Below are positions 9,501 through 17,633 of a DNA stretch of 44,161 nucleotides, in pieces (position 1 is the first letter of the stretch; every line of letters starts with the position of its first letter). The stretch is from Limisphaerales bacterium (GTDB lineage Bacteria; Verrucomicrobiota; Verrucomicrobiia; Limisphaerales; PALSA-1396): the NCBI GenBank assembly GCA_003140275.1, contig PLJQ01000069.1:1-44161 (forward strand), read 5' to 3'. The position numbers were made by a program, and so were the translations under genes. The notes under the pieces were generated by a model. The model was not told the origin of the DNA, did not search any database, and saw nothing but the letters and a program-made list of their open reading frames with translations.

Positions 9501-9637
9501 TTCGATGCATCACCAAGTGTCGGAGTGGCGGGCAACGACTTGAGCGCGCCACCCAGAACCAGCGTCAAAATCAACCAACCCGTTGATGGTTGGCTGATGC
9601 GCCGCCGCGTTCCGTTGATCAGGCCGCGTGCGTGCAT
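6530..9637 (-). CDS. PSCyt1/DUF1549/DUF1553 (PSD1) protein with planctomycete-type cytochrome c motif and a discoidin-like insert
   Basis: The heme motif [17 protein letters not shown] sits near the N-terminus. DUF1549-like (...[36 protein letters not shown]) and DUF1553-like (...[18 protein letters not shown]...) blocks are present. A central segment, [25 protein letters not shown]...[12 protein letters not shown], resembles an F5/8 type C domain. Confidence 0.9.
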   Translation of the reverse strand: [1035 protein letters not shown]

Positions 9638-9661
9638 ACACAGTTTTAATGCAAAGTTGAT

Positions 9662-11041
9662 CTATACGAATTTACCGGGATTCAAGATGTCGCGCGGATC
9701 AAGGGCCATTTTAATCGCTCGATGCAACGAGCGCAACTCTGGGGACGCCGCCATCGGCCACCACGGTTTCTTCGCGAGACCGATTCCATGTTCGCCGGTG
9801 ATCACGCCGTCCCACGCCAGCACCTGTTTGAAAAGTTCGTCCAATGCGGCGTCGCATCGCTTTCTCGCGCCCGATTGGGTGAGGTCCACCATGACATTGA
9901 CGTGAATGTTTCCGTCACCGGCGTGACCGAAGCAGGCAATGGGCAGGCCGTGTTTCTTTTGCAGCTTCGCCGCGAAGTGAAACAGTTTTTTCAGACCCCC
10001 GCGCGGAACCACAATGTCCTCATTCAACTTGGTCAGGCCAGTGTCGCGCAACGATGCCGAGAATTCGCGGCGTAACTGCCAAAGATTTTCGCACGGGGCA
10101 TTTCCGTAAGCGCGTTGAACGAACCGCGGATGTTGGTGGCGGACGATCTTCTCCAATTCCCGGATTTCGGTTCGTACGGACTTCTCCTGGCCGTCGAGTT
10201 CCACGATCAAGTGGGCCTCGCAACCTTCGAGCCGCTGGCTGCCCGTTCGTTTACGCGCCGCCGCGAGCGTGAACTCGTCGGCAATCTCCAACGCGCATGG
10301 CAAAAGCCCGGCGTGGAAAATGGCGCGGATGGTTTTCGCGGCATCTTTCATGGCGCCAAATCCGATGGCCAGACAGGCGCGGAAAGGGGGCAGGGGAAGC
10401 AGCTTCAACGTGGCTTCCGTCACCACGCCGAGCAAACCTTCCGAACCGACAAACAGCCGCGCAAGGTCAAAGCCGGTTTTGTTTTTGTGCGTGCGGCTTC
10501 CAAGTTGTACGATCGAACCGTCGGCCAGCACCACTTCAAGTCCGAGCACGTAATCGCGAGTGACACCATATTTGAGGCAACGCGGCCCGCCGGCATTGGT
10601 GGCGATGTTGCCGCCAAGGGTGCAATCGGCCCGGCTGGCCGGGTCGGGTGGATAAAACAATCCACGCTTCTCAACGGCTTCCTGCAAGTGTTGCGTGATG
10701 ACGCCGGGTTGAACCACGGCCACAAAGTCGTCCGCATGAATCTCCTTGATGCGATTCATGTGTATCAACGACAGCACAATCCCGCCGCGTGAAGGCACAC
10801 AACCGCCGACATAACCAAAGCCGGCACCGCGCGCGGTTACGGGAATCCTGTGTTGGTGCGCAAAGCGAAGCAGCGTGGCTACGGACCTGGCGCTGCGTGG
10901 GAACACAACCGCGTCAGGATTATGCGCGGCAAACCATTTGTCGCCAGAGTGTTTTTCGCAGGTGGATTCGTCGAAACGGATTTCTCCGGCGGACAGGAGT
11001 TGTTGCAAGCGGGAGAGCGCCTTGAGCCGGGAGGATTTCAT
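9662..11041 (-). CDS. FAD-linked oxidase (GlcD / D-lactate dehydrogenase family)
   Basis: The FAD-binding PCMH-type region is PVTARGAGFGYVGGCVP...GGNIATNAGG. The C-terminal FAD-oxidase_C-like region is GHAGDGNIHVNV...GVITGEHGIGLAK. Confidence 0.85.
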   Translation of the reverse strand: MKSSRLKALSRLQQLLSAGEIRFDESTCEKHSGDKWFAAHNPDAVVFPRSARSVATLLRFAHQHRIPVTARGAGFGYVGGCVPSRGGIVLSLIHMNRIKEIHADDFVAVVQPGVITQHLQEAVEKRGLFYPPDPASRADCTLGGNIATNAGGPRCLKYGVTRDYVLGLEVVLADGSIVQLGSRTHKNKTGFDLARLFVGSEGLLGVVTEATLKLLPLPPFRACLAIGFGAMKDAAKTIRAIFHAGLLPCALEIADEFTLAAARKRTGSQRLEGCEAHLIVELDGQEKSVRTEIRELEKIVRHQHPRFVQRAYGNAPCENLWQLRREFSASLRDTGLTKLNEDIVVPRGGLKKLFHFAAKLQKKHGLPIACFGHAGDGNIHVNVMVDLTQSGARKRCDAALDELFKQVLAWDGVITGEHGIGLAKKPWWPMAASPELRSLHRAIKMALDPRDILNPGKFV

Positions 11042-11262
11042 TCAGCAGGCGCATCGTCGTCGGCGAGAAACGCCTTGGCTTCCTCGGCTTCCTCGCACGG
11101 AACTTGGACGCGGATGCCGCCGATGGCCATCGAATAACCGTCCATGCTCAACGCCGCCAGTTCGTCCGCCACGATGGCTTGAAAGCCGGCTGCGTCGAGC
11201 CGGGAGCGAACCAGTTGTGCATCCGCCGGATTGAACGCCTTGAAGATGGTTACGAGTGACAT
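11038..11262 (-). CDS. DUF2007-like small protein (putative signal-transducing fold)
   Basis: The start is taken at MSLVTIFKAFNPADAQLVRSRLDAAGFQA..., which fits the 16-nt gap after the upstream stop at 11279. Its stop overlaps the GlcD-like start as ATGA. The listed ORF start at 11400 would overlap the upstream gene. Confidence 0.6.
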   Translation of the reverse strand: MSLVTIFKAFNPADAQLVRSRLDAAGFQAIVADELAALSMDGYSMAIGGIRVQVPCEEAEEAKAFLADDDAPAE

Positions 11263-11278
11263 TGGAGCGAGGCCTGAT

Positions 11279-12286
11279 TCATGCAGCCATCGGGGTCTTG
11301 AGGTCAGCGAACACGATGACGCCGGCGCCGGTCTGCAGCAGGGTTTGCACCTGCACCTGCACCTGCTGGCCGATGAGGGTTTGCGCTTGATTGACGACAA
11401 CCATCGTGCCGTCGCTCAGGTAACCCACGCCCTGCCCCTTGTCCTTGCCTTCTCGGACGATGCGCAGTGACAGCGTTTCGCCGGGTAAAAGCAACGGCTT
11501 GAGTGATTTTGACAACTCGTTCAGGTTGACGTAATTGACCGACTGCAGTTCAGCGATTTTGCCGAGATTGAAATCGTTGGTGAATAGTTTGGCTTTTAAA
11601 TTGCGGGCGAGCCGCACCAGTTTGGCATCCACTTCCGCTTCCTCGGGAAAATCGCCTTCGTGGATTTTGACTTCGTTGTTGGTGTTGCGCTGGATGCGAT
11701 TAAGCACTTCCACTCCGCGCCGCCCGCGCGCCCGGCGGATGGGGTCGTCCGAATCGGCGATGTGCTGCAACTCCCGCAGCACGAAACGAGGAACAACGAT
11801 CAGACCTTCGATGAAATTCGCTTCGATCAGGTCGGCGATCCGGCCGTCGATGATCACGCTGGTGTCGAGCAACAGCAGATTGTCCGGCTTGTTCTGCGGG
11901 GCGAAGCGAACGTACGGGATGATGAGCGAGAAGTCCTCCTTGTTGCTGCGCATCGCCAGCACGATGCCGATGTAGCCGAAGCCGAGGAACACCCCGAGCC
12001 GGATCAGCCAGCGGGTCTTCGCATCCACAAACTCAAACAAACCAGACCGGTCAATCACCAGCGCGATCACCACGCCCAGCAGCAATCCAAAAGTTGTGGA
12101 CGAAAAGGCCCGAAGCGAAAACCCCTTCAACATTTCATCGATGGCGATCAGCAACATTCCAAAACCAAAACCGATCATCATGCCGACGGTGCCATTGGAG
12201 ATCATCTCCGGGCGGACTTGCGTGATGGCAAATCCGGCGATGGTGCATAACGACAAAAACAATGCGCGAATGGACCAAAGAGCCAT
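11279..12286 (-). CDS. Membrane-anchored PIN + TRAM domain protein (YacL-like)
   Basis: Four N-terminal hydrophobic helices are followed by a PIN block (LLLLDTSVIIDGRIADLI...VVPRFVLRELQHIADS). A C-terminal TRAM-like block follows (GETLSLRIVREGKDKGQGVGYLSDGTMVVV). Confidence 0.8.
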   Translation of the reverse strand: MALWSIRALFLSLCTIAGFAITQVRPEMISNGTVGMMIGFGFGMLLIAIDEMLKGFSLRAFSSTTFGLLLGVVIALVIDRSGLFEFVDAKTRWLIRLGVFLGFGYIGIVLAMRSNKEDFSLIIPYVRFAPQNKPDNLLLLDTSVIIDGRIADLIEANFIEGLIVVPRFVLRELQHIADSDDPIRRARGRRGVEVLNRIQRNTNNEVKIHEGDFPEEAEVDAKLVRLARNLKAKLFTNDFNLGKIAELQSVNYVNLNELSKSLKPLLLPGETLSLRIVREGKDKGQGVGYLSDGTMVVVNQAQTLIGQQVQVQVQTLLQTGAGVIVFADLKTPMAA

Positions 12287-12289
12287 AAG

Positions 12290-13279
12290 TCAATTGAACG
12301 GGTTTTTCGGCGGATACAACACTTGATTGGTTGGCGATTCAGTTCGTGCCGCTTTTGGTTTCCATAAAATGCCCCACAGTCCGAGCCGGTTCAAATTGCT
12401 GCTGGTGACCGCCAGGTTGCTGGCCAGCATGGACACATGGTTTTTCAGTTCTTCGTCTTTGATCAGGCCGCCCGCCAGACCGTGGCCCGCCTGCAACTCG
12501 TCCAGGAGATGTTTCAACACAACGGTCGAGGATTCAATATTATTAACCGCAGTTGAGATTTGCGCACTGTTGGTTTTTACAACCTCCTGGAGTTCGTCAC
12601 CCACCACATTAAGCTGCCCGGAGAATCGAAACACGTTGCTCACCGAGGCGTCGATTGCGGCGCGGTTGGTTTCCAATAACGTGTTCATACCGTCCACCGT
12701 GGTCAGCGCGCGTTCAGCAACCAGCCGGAAGTTTCCCACCGTGATCGAGAGATTCGTCAAGGTCTGTTCGTTGAGCACCAGCCGGTCAATGCGCGTCATG
12801 GCGTCGTCGAGCTTCTTCGCGGTTTCGTCGATGCGCTGGATGAAACCGGCCGCGGAGCGGGCCACTTCCTGGAGGTTGAACGGCTCGGGCGATTCCACTT
12901 CATCACCGTCGTTCAAACGCGGCCCGGTATTGTCGCCCGGAATGATGCCCACATACTGGTCGCCCAAAAAACCGGATTGTTCGATCACAAACCGCGCGTC
13001 GCGATGGACTTTGAAGTCGCTGTAAATCTTGAGATAAATGTAAACGTGTTTGCCGTTGGGCAAAAGCTCGATGCGCGACACCGTGCCCACCGGCACGCCG
13101 GACATCAACACGCCCGCCCGCGCCTTGATGCCGCCCACGTTGCTGGATTTGAGACGCAACACATAGGTCGAGCGGAAGAAGGTCGTGCCCTTGCTGAATT
13201 GCAAGAGCAGGACTGCCAGCAGCACCAGGCCGATGGCGACGAACAGCCCCACTTTCTTTTCGTGGTTCGATTTGGCCAT
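12290..13279 (-). CDS. mlaD: MlaD/MCE-family substrate-binding protein
   Basis: An N-terminal anchor (KKVGLFVAIGLVLLAVLLL) precedes the MCE core (GGIKARAGVLMSGVPVGTVSRIEL...). It is the third gene of an MlaE-MlaF-MlaD arrangement. Confidence 0.8.
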   Translation of the reverse strand: MAKSNHEKKVGLFVAIGLVLLAVLLLQFSKGTTFFRSTYVLRLKSSNVGGIKARAGVLMSGVPVGTVSRIELLPNGKHVYIYLKIYSDFKVHRDARFVIEQSGFLGDQYVGIIPGDNTGPRLNDGDEVESPEPFNLQEVARSAAGFIQRIDETAKKLDDAMTRIDRLVLNEQTLTNLSITVGNFRLVAERALTTVDGMNTLLETNRAAIDASVSNVFRFSGQLNVVGDELQEVVKTNSAQISTAVNNIESSTVVLKHLLDELQAGHGLAGGLIKDEELKNHVSMLASNLAVTSSNLNRLGLWGILWKPKAARTESPTNQVLYPPKNPFN

Positions 13280-13280
13280 G

Positions 13281-14027
13281 TTAAAAATAAAGTTCTTTGG
13301 GATCGGAAATGCCGTTGACGAAACGGTTCACCACCGGGTCCTGCGATCGAAAAATCTCATCCGGCGTGCCGGTCACATAAATTTTCCCGCGGTGCAGCAT
13401 CATGATGCGCTGACCGATCCGCCGCGCGCTGCGCATGTCGTGCGTCACCACCACGGTCGTCACCTTCAGCCGCTCGCACACGCGCAAAATGAGCTGGTCG
13501 ATGCTGTCCGCCACAATCGGGTCCAGTCCCGTGGTCGGCTCGTCGTAGAGCACGATCTCCGGTTGATAAACAATCGCCCGGGCCAGGCCCACCCGTTTGC
13601 GCATGCCGCCGGACAACTCCGACGGTTTTTTTTCTTCGACGCCGGGCAACTCCACCATGTCGAGCGCTTCACCGATCTTTTTCGCAATCTCGGCTTCCGT
13701 CAGTTTTCCCAACCGGCGCAAGGCGAAGCCGACATTTTCCGCGACCGTCATCGAGTCGAACAGCGCCGCGCCCTGAAACAACATGCCGAACTTGTGACGC
13801 ACCCGCAGTAACTGGCGTTCATTCATCCGGCCAAGGTTTTCACCGTCCACCAGCACTTCGCCTTCCTCCGAAGTCAATAGTCCGATCAAATGTTTCAGTA
13901 AAATGCTTTTGCCACAACCGCTGCGCCCGATGATGACGACGGATTCGCCCGTTTCAATCCGAAAACTTACTCCGTCCAGCACCCGCTGCGGACCGAAACT
14001 CTTTTTCAAATCCCGGACCTCGATCAT
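13281..14027 (-). CDS. mlaF: ABC transporter ATP-binding protein (MlaF-like)
   Basis: The start is taken at MIEVRDLKKSFG (ATGA overlap with the permease stop). Walker A is GRSGCGKS, the signature is LSGGMRKRVGLARA, and Walker B is VLYDEPTTGLD. The listed ORF start at 14261 is an extension into the upstream gene. Confidence 0.9.
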   Translation of the reverse strand: MIEVRDLKKSFGPQRVLDGVSFRIETGESVVIIGRSGCGKSILLKHLIGLLTSEEGEVLVDGENLGRMNERQLLRVRHKFGMLFQGAALFDSMTVAENVGFALRRLGKLTEAEIAKKIGEALDMVELPGVEEKKPSELSGGMRKRVGLARAIVYQPEIVLYDEPTTGLDPIVADSIDQLILRVCERLKVTTVVVTHDMRSARRIGQRIMMLHRGKIYVTGTPDEIFRSQDPVVNRFVNGISDPKELYF

Positions 14028-14824
14028 AAGTAACTCAACAGTTCGCCGAGGGAGATTGTGAGAAAGAAATTGGAGATCAAAATGGTGATGGAAGAATACA
14101 CCACCGCTTCGGTCGTGGCGCGGCCCACGCCTTCCGCTCCTTCGCCGCAACTCATCCCCTTGTAACAACCGATCACCGCCACGATGCCGCCGAAGATGAA
14201 CGACTTGATCACGCCGATCATCACATCCGTCGCGACCGTGTACTTCAGCATGTTTTGCCACAAGTAGGTCGGATCAATGCCCAGCAAAGAAACGCCCAGC
14301 ACGTAACCCGCCCCAATCCCCAGCGCGATTGCCTCTGCGTTCAACAATGGCACGGCGATGATTGCCGACAACAACCGCGGCACCACCAGATAATCGACCG
14401 GATGCGTGGCCAGCGTGCGCAACGCGTCGATCTGCTCGGTCACCTTCATGGTGCCCAGTTCGGCGGCCATCGCGGCGCCGACGCGTCCTGCCACCATCAA
14501 CGCCGTCAGCACCGGGCCGAGTTCGCTCGCCATCGAAACGCTCACGACCGCCAGTGTGGCGGTGTCCATCCTGACCTTGTGAAATTGAAAATAAGTCTGC
14601 GCGCAGAGCACCATGCCGGTGAACGCGCCGGTGATCAGCACAACCGATTGGGATTTTACGCCGATGAAATGAAGCTGATAGATCAGGTCACGCCACGTGA
14701 TTTTGCGGGTGAACAGGGAATGGACCGCCTCCTGGCACAGCAAGGTGATCCGTCCCAATCCTTGCAACCACTCCGCGATCCACTTGTTGGAGAAGAAATT
14801 CATTGGCACTAAAAATCCTACCAA
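14024..14824 (-). CDS. mlaE: ABC transporter permease (MlaE-like)
   Basis: It is a polytopic membrane protein with the typical MlaE blocks ELGPVLTALMVAGRVGAAMAAELGTMKVTEQIDAL. Confidence 0.85.
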   Translation of the reverse strand: MVGFLVPMNFFSNKWIAEWLQGLGRITLLCQEAVHSLFTRKITWRDLIYQLHFIGVKSQSVVLITGAFTGMVLCAQTYFQFHKVRMDTATLAVVSVSMASELGPVLTALMVAGRVGAAMAAELGTMKVTEQIDALRTLATHPVDYLVVPRLLSAIIAVPLLNAEAIALGIGAGYVLGVSLLGIDPTYLWQNMLKYTVATDVMIGVIKSFIFGGIVAVIGCYKGMSCGEGAEGVGRATTEAVVYSSITILISNFFLTISLGELLSYL

Positions 14825-15024
14825 AGGGAAGGGGACTTGGCCAGAGATTGATTGAGCGAACTGAGTGTAGATTATCGGCGGAGAAAAAATGACGACTCAG
14901 AAAATCATTGCACCAAGTGCTCAACACACCAAGGCCAGTACATTTATTACTTACTTTCCGATTTGTCGAGATGAAGTAGGAACATTTTAGGAACCTTTCC
15001 AGGATGGATATTTTTCCGTTTCTC

Positions 15025-16881
15025 CTAATTCTCCCGGCCGCTGACGACGCGCGCAAAGTAGCCTTTCCTTTGCAACAGTTCCGCAGGACTGCCGGATTCT
15101 GTCAACCGCCCCTCTTCCAACACCAGAACTTTATCCACGCGCCGTATGGTGGTGGATCGGTGGGCGACGATGAGTGTCGTGCGGCCGCGCATCAGTTCAA
15201 ACATGCTGGCGACGACTTGGGTTTCGCTTTCCGCATCCAGCGCGCTGGTCGGTTCATCGAGCAACAGGATGGGTGCATCTTTGAGAAAGGCGCGCGCGAG
15301 GTTAATGCGTTGACGTTCGCCGACGCTCAATTGGACGGCGCCTTCGCCGACGATGGTCTGATATTTCTGCGGCAGTTTTTCAATGAAAGAGTGTGCATTG
15401 GCTGCGCGGGAGGCGGCTTCAATTTCAGCGGTGGTCGCGTCGGGTTTGCCGTAGCTGATGTTTTCCGCCAACGTTGTCGGAAGCAAAATCGGCTCTTGCA
15501 GAACGAGCGCAATTTGAGCGCGCAAATCACGTAGCCGCAGTTCCCGCAGATCGACTCCATCCAATCGAACGACGCCCAAAGTCGGATCGAAGAAGCGCGG
15601 TAGCAGACTGAGCAACGTGCTCTTACCGACGCCGCTCGGACCAATGATAGCGGCAGATTCACCGGGGCGCAGGGTGAAGTTTACGTCACGCAAAACTAAT
15701 TGTTCTTTTTGGTAACCGAATGAGACGTGATCGAAACTGATTTCACCATGAACAGACAGAGGTTCGTTGGCGTTCTGCGTGGCGCGTTCTGCGTGAGGCT
15801 GAATGTCCGACTCATAAAGGCTCTGTGGACTTTGAACTTTAAGCTTTGAACTTTGAATCGCCCGTGTGTGCGGCGCATCCTTCACTTCCTCCGGCGTATC
15901 AAGAATTTCGAAGACCCGTTGGGCGCCGGTGCCAGCGGTGGCGACCGTAGCGCCGACATGAGAAAGTTGGTTGAGCGGTTCGTAGAGTTGCGCCAGGTAG
16001 GCAAGAAAGATCAATAGTTGACCGACGGTCAGCTTGTTCTGCAGAACCTGGTGACTGCCGAGCCAGACGATGGCGGCAGTGCCAAGTCCAAAAACCACAG
16101 AGATCGCCAGCCAATAGAGCAGCTCCGAGCCGTGTTGGGAAAGTCGTTTTTCCTGCGCTACCGCGGTTTGCTGGGTGAATCTCGACTCTTCAAAATCCTC
16201 GCGGTTGTAACTCTGGATGAGCGGCAGCGCGACGATGTTTTGTTGCACGAGGGAAGTGACCTGACTGTCGGCTTGTTGCGCCACCACGCCGCGTTCGCGC
16301 ATTTGCCGGCCGAATATTTTCATGGCGAGCAGAAGCAGAGGAACGGTCGCCACGGCTACGAGTGTCATGGCCATATTCATCCGACACATCACGATGACCA
16401 TCAGCACCAGCGAGAACAGAGCGGTGCCGAAGGTGATCATCCCTTGCTGAAACAACGTCTGAAACGAATAAGCGTCCCACGAGGCGCGATAGATCAGGTC
16501 GCCGGTTTTCGTGCCTTGATGAAAGCGAAACGAGAACCGTTGGAGGCAGGCAAAAACTTCATTGCGGACGCGCCGCAATCCGCCCAACCCGACCTGAATG
16601 GCCAGATAATTTTGTGTGGCAGAGAGGAGGCCTTGGCCCAGGTGAAGGGCGAAGATGGCGGCGCTGAAAAGCATCACCAGCCAGGCTTTGGCGGCCTGAC
16701 CGTCCCATTCGCCCAGCCAATGCGGGAACGGTTTCTCGCCAATGACCGAGTCAATGATCAAAGCCAGCGGCCACGGCTTCAGCAAGTTTGCGCCGGCGCT
16801 CAGGAGCAAGAGCGCGAACACGACCGCGATTCGCGGAGCGTCTGGACGAAAGTATTGCAAGGAACGGAGCAAATTCTTCAT
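15025..16881 (-). CDS. ABC exporter, fused TMD-NBD (MsbA/ABCB-type)
   Basis: A six-helix TMD is followed by an NBD. Walker A is GPSGVGKST, the signature is LSVGERQRINLARA, and Walker B is LLLDEPTSALD. There is an extra low-complexity linker at about aa 339-377. Confidence 0.9.
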   Translation of the reverse strand: MKNLLRSLQYFRPDAPRIAVVFALLLLSAGANLLKPWPLALIIDSVIGEKPFPHWLGEWDGQAAKAWLVMLFSAAIFALHLGQGLLSATQNYLAIQVGLGGLRRVRNEVFACLQRFSFRFHQGTKTGDLIYRASWDAYSFQTLFQQGMITFGTALFSLVLMVIVMCRMNMAMTLVAVATVPLLLLAMKIFGRQMRERGVVAQQADSQVTSLVQQNIVALPLIQSYNREDFEESRFTQQTAVAQEKRLSQHGSELLYWLAISVVFGLGTAAIVWLGSHQVLQNKLTVGQLLIFLAYLAQLYEPLNQLSHVGATVATAGTGAQRVFEILDTPEEVKDAPHTRAIQSSKLKVQSPQSLYESDIQPHAERATQNANEPLSVHGEISFDHVSFGYQKEQLVLRDVNFTLRPGESAAIIGPSGVGKSTLLSLLPRFFDPTLGVVRLDGVDLRELRLRDLRAQIALVLQEPILLPTTLAENISYGKPDATTAEIEAASRAANAHSFIEKLPQKYQTIVGEGAVQLSVGERQRINLARAFLKDAPILLLDEPTSALDAESETQVVASMFELMRGRTTLIVAHRSTTIRRVDKVLVLEEGRLTESGSPAELLQRKGYFARVVSGREN

Positions 16882-16943
16882 CGATGAGCGAGAAGGTATG
16901 AAGTGCGGGCCAAAGAATCGAGTGTTTACCTAAAACTTTCAGC

Positions 16944-17591
16944 TCACACTTCTTCATCCAGGTTTTCCCATTCCGGATAGACTTCCGGCTTAAGCTGGCC
17001 GCGGCGAATCAGCTCCTGTAGATCGCGGATGATGGTGCGACGCGCCACGCTGAATTCGCGCGCCAATGCGGAAATGTTGGGACGCTCTTTGGACTGGGCG
17101 AGAAACTGGCGGATTTGGTTCTGCCGGCTCAAGCGCTCGGTCGAGCGGCTGAATAATTCCTGGGCGTCGATGCGTTTGGAGCGTTCCAACGCTTCGAATT
17201 GGCGCACTACCTCAACCTCGCCGCATTCTTTAAGTGCCGTCGCAACGGTTTGTTTCAACTCGCGCACATCGACCGGTTTGGTGATGCAATAATGGGCGCG
17301 GCGCGGCCCCTGCAACGCGTGGATTTGTTGGTGCACTTCCAAGGCCCCGGAGACAATGATGATCGGAACAAATGGAAGGAGTTCCTTGAATTGTGGCAAA
17401 AAATCCAGACCGAGTTCGCCTTCGGCCAACACATGATCGAGAATCAGCAAGTCGGGTGGACTCGTGGCGATGGCGGCAATCGCTTCACTGCCGGTTTGGA
17501 CGCGCGCCAATTTGTGTTTGGCAAGCGCCTCCTCGTAAATCTCGTATTGCAGATCGTCGTCTTCAACAATCAGAATTTGTTTCTCTTTCAT
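16944..17591 (-). CDS. Response regulator, receiver domain plus C-terminal HTH (DeoR/HTH_11-like)
   Basis: The receiver region reads ILIVEDDD...DLLILDHVL...IIIVSG...KP. The C-terminal helix-turn-helix reads ISALAREFSVARRTIIRDLQELIRRG. Confidence 0.85.
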   Translation of the reverse strand: MKEKQILIVEDDDLQYEIYEEALAKHKLARVQTGSEAIAAIATSPPDLLILDHVLAEGELGLDFLPQFKELLPFVPIIIVSGALEVHQQIHALQGPRRAHYCITKPVDVRELKQTVATALKECGEVEVVRQFEALERSKRIDAQELFSRSTERLSRQNQIRQFLAQSKERPNISALAREFSVARRTIIRDLQELIRRGQLKPEVYPEWENLDEEV

Positions 17592-17633
17592 GCGCGGCGC
17601 CGTTTGACAGTTAAACTCATCGCGACTTCTGAT

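Noticed and set aside
11347-11366. Hexanucleotide repeat (gcacct) x3 inside the PIN/TRAM gene
   Set aside because: The repeat is in frame (it encodes QVQVQV in the TRAM-domain C-terminus), has only three units, and sits in no regulatory context. It is too short to argue for phase variation.
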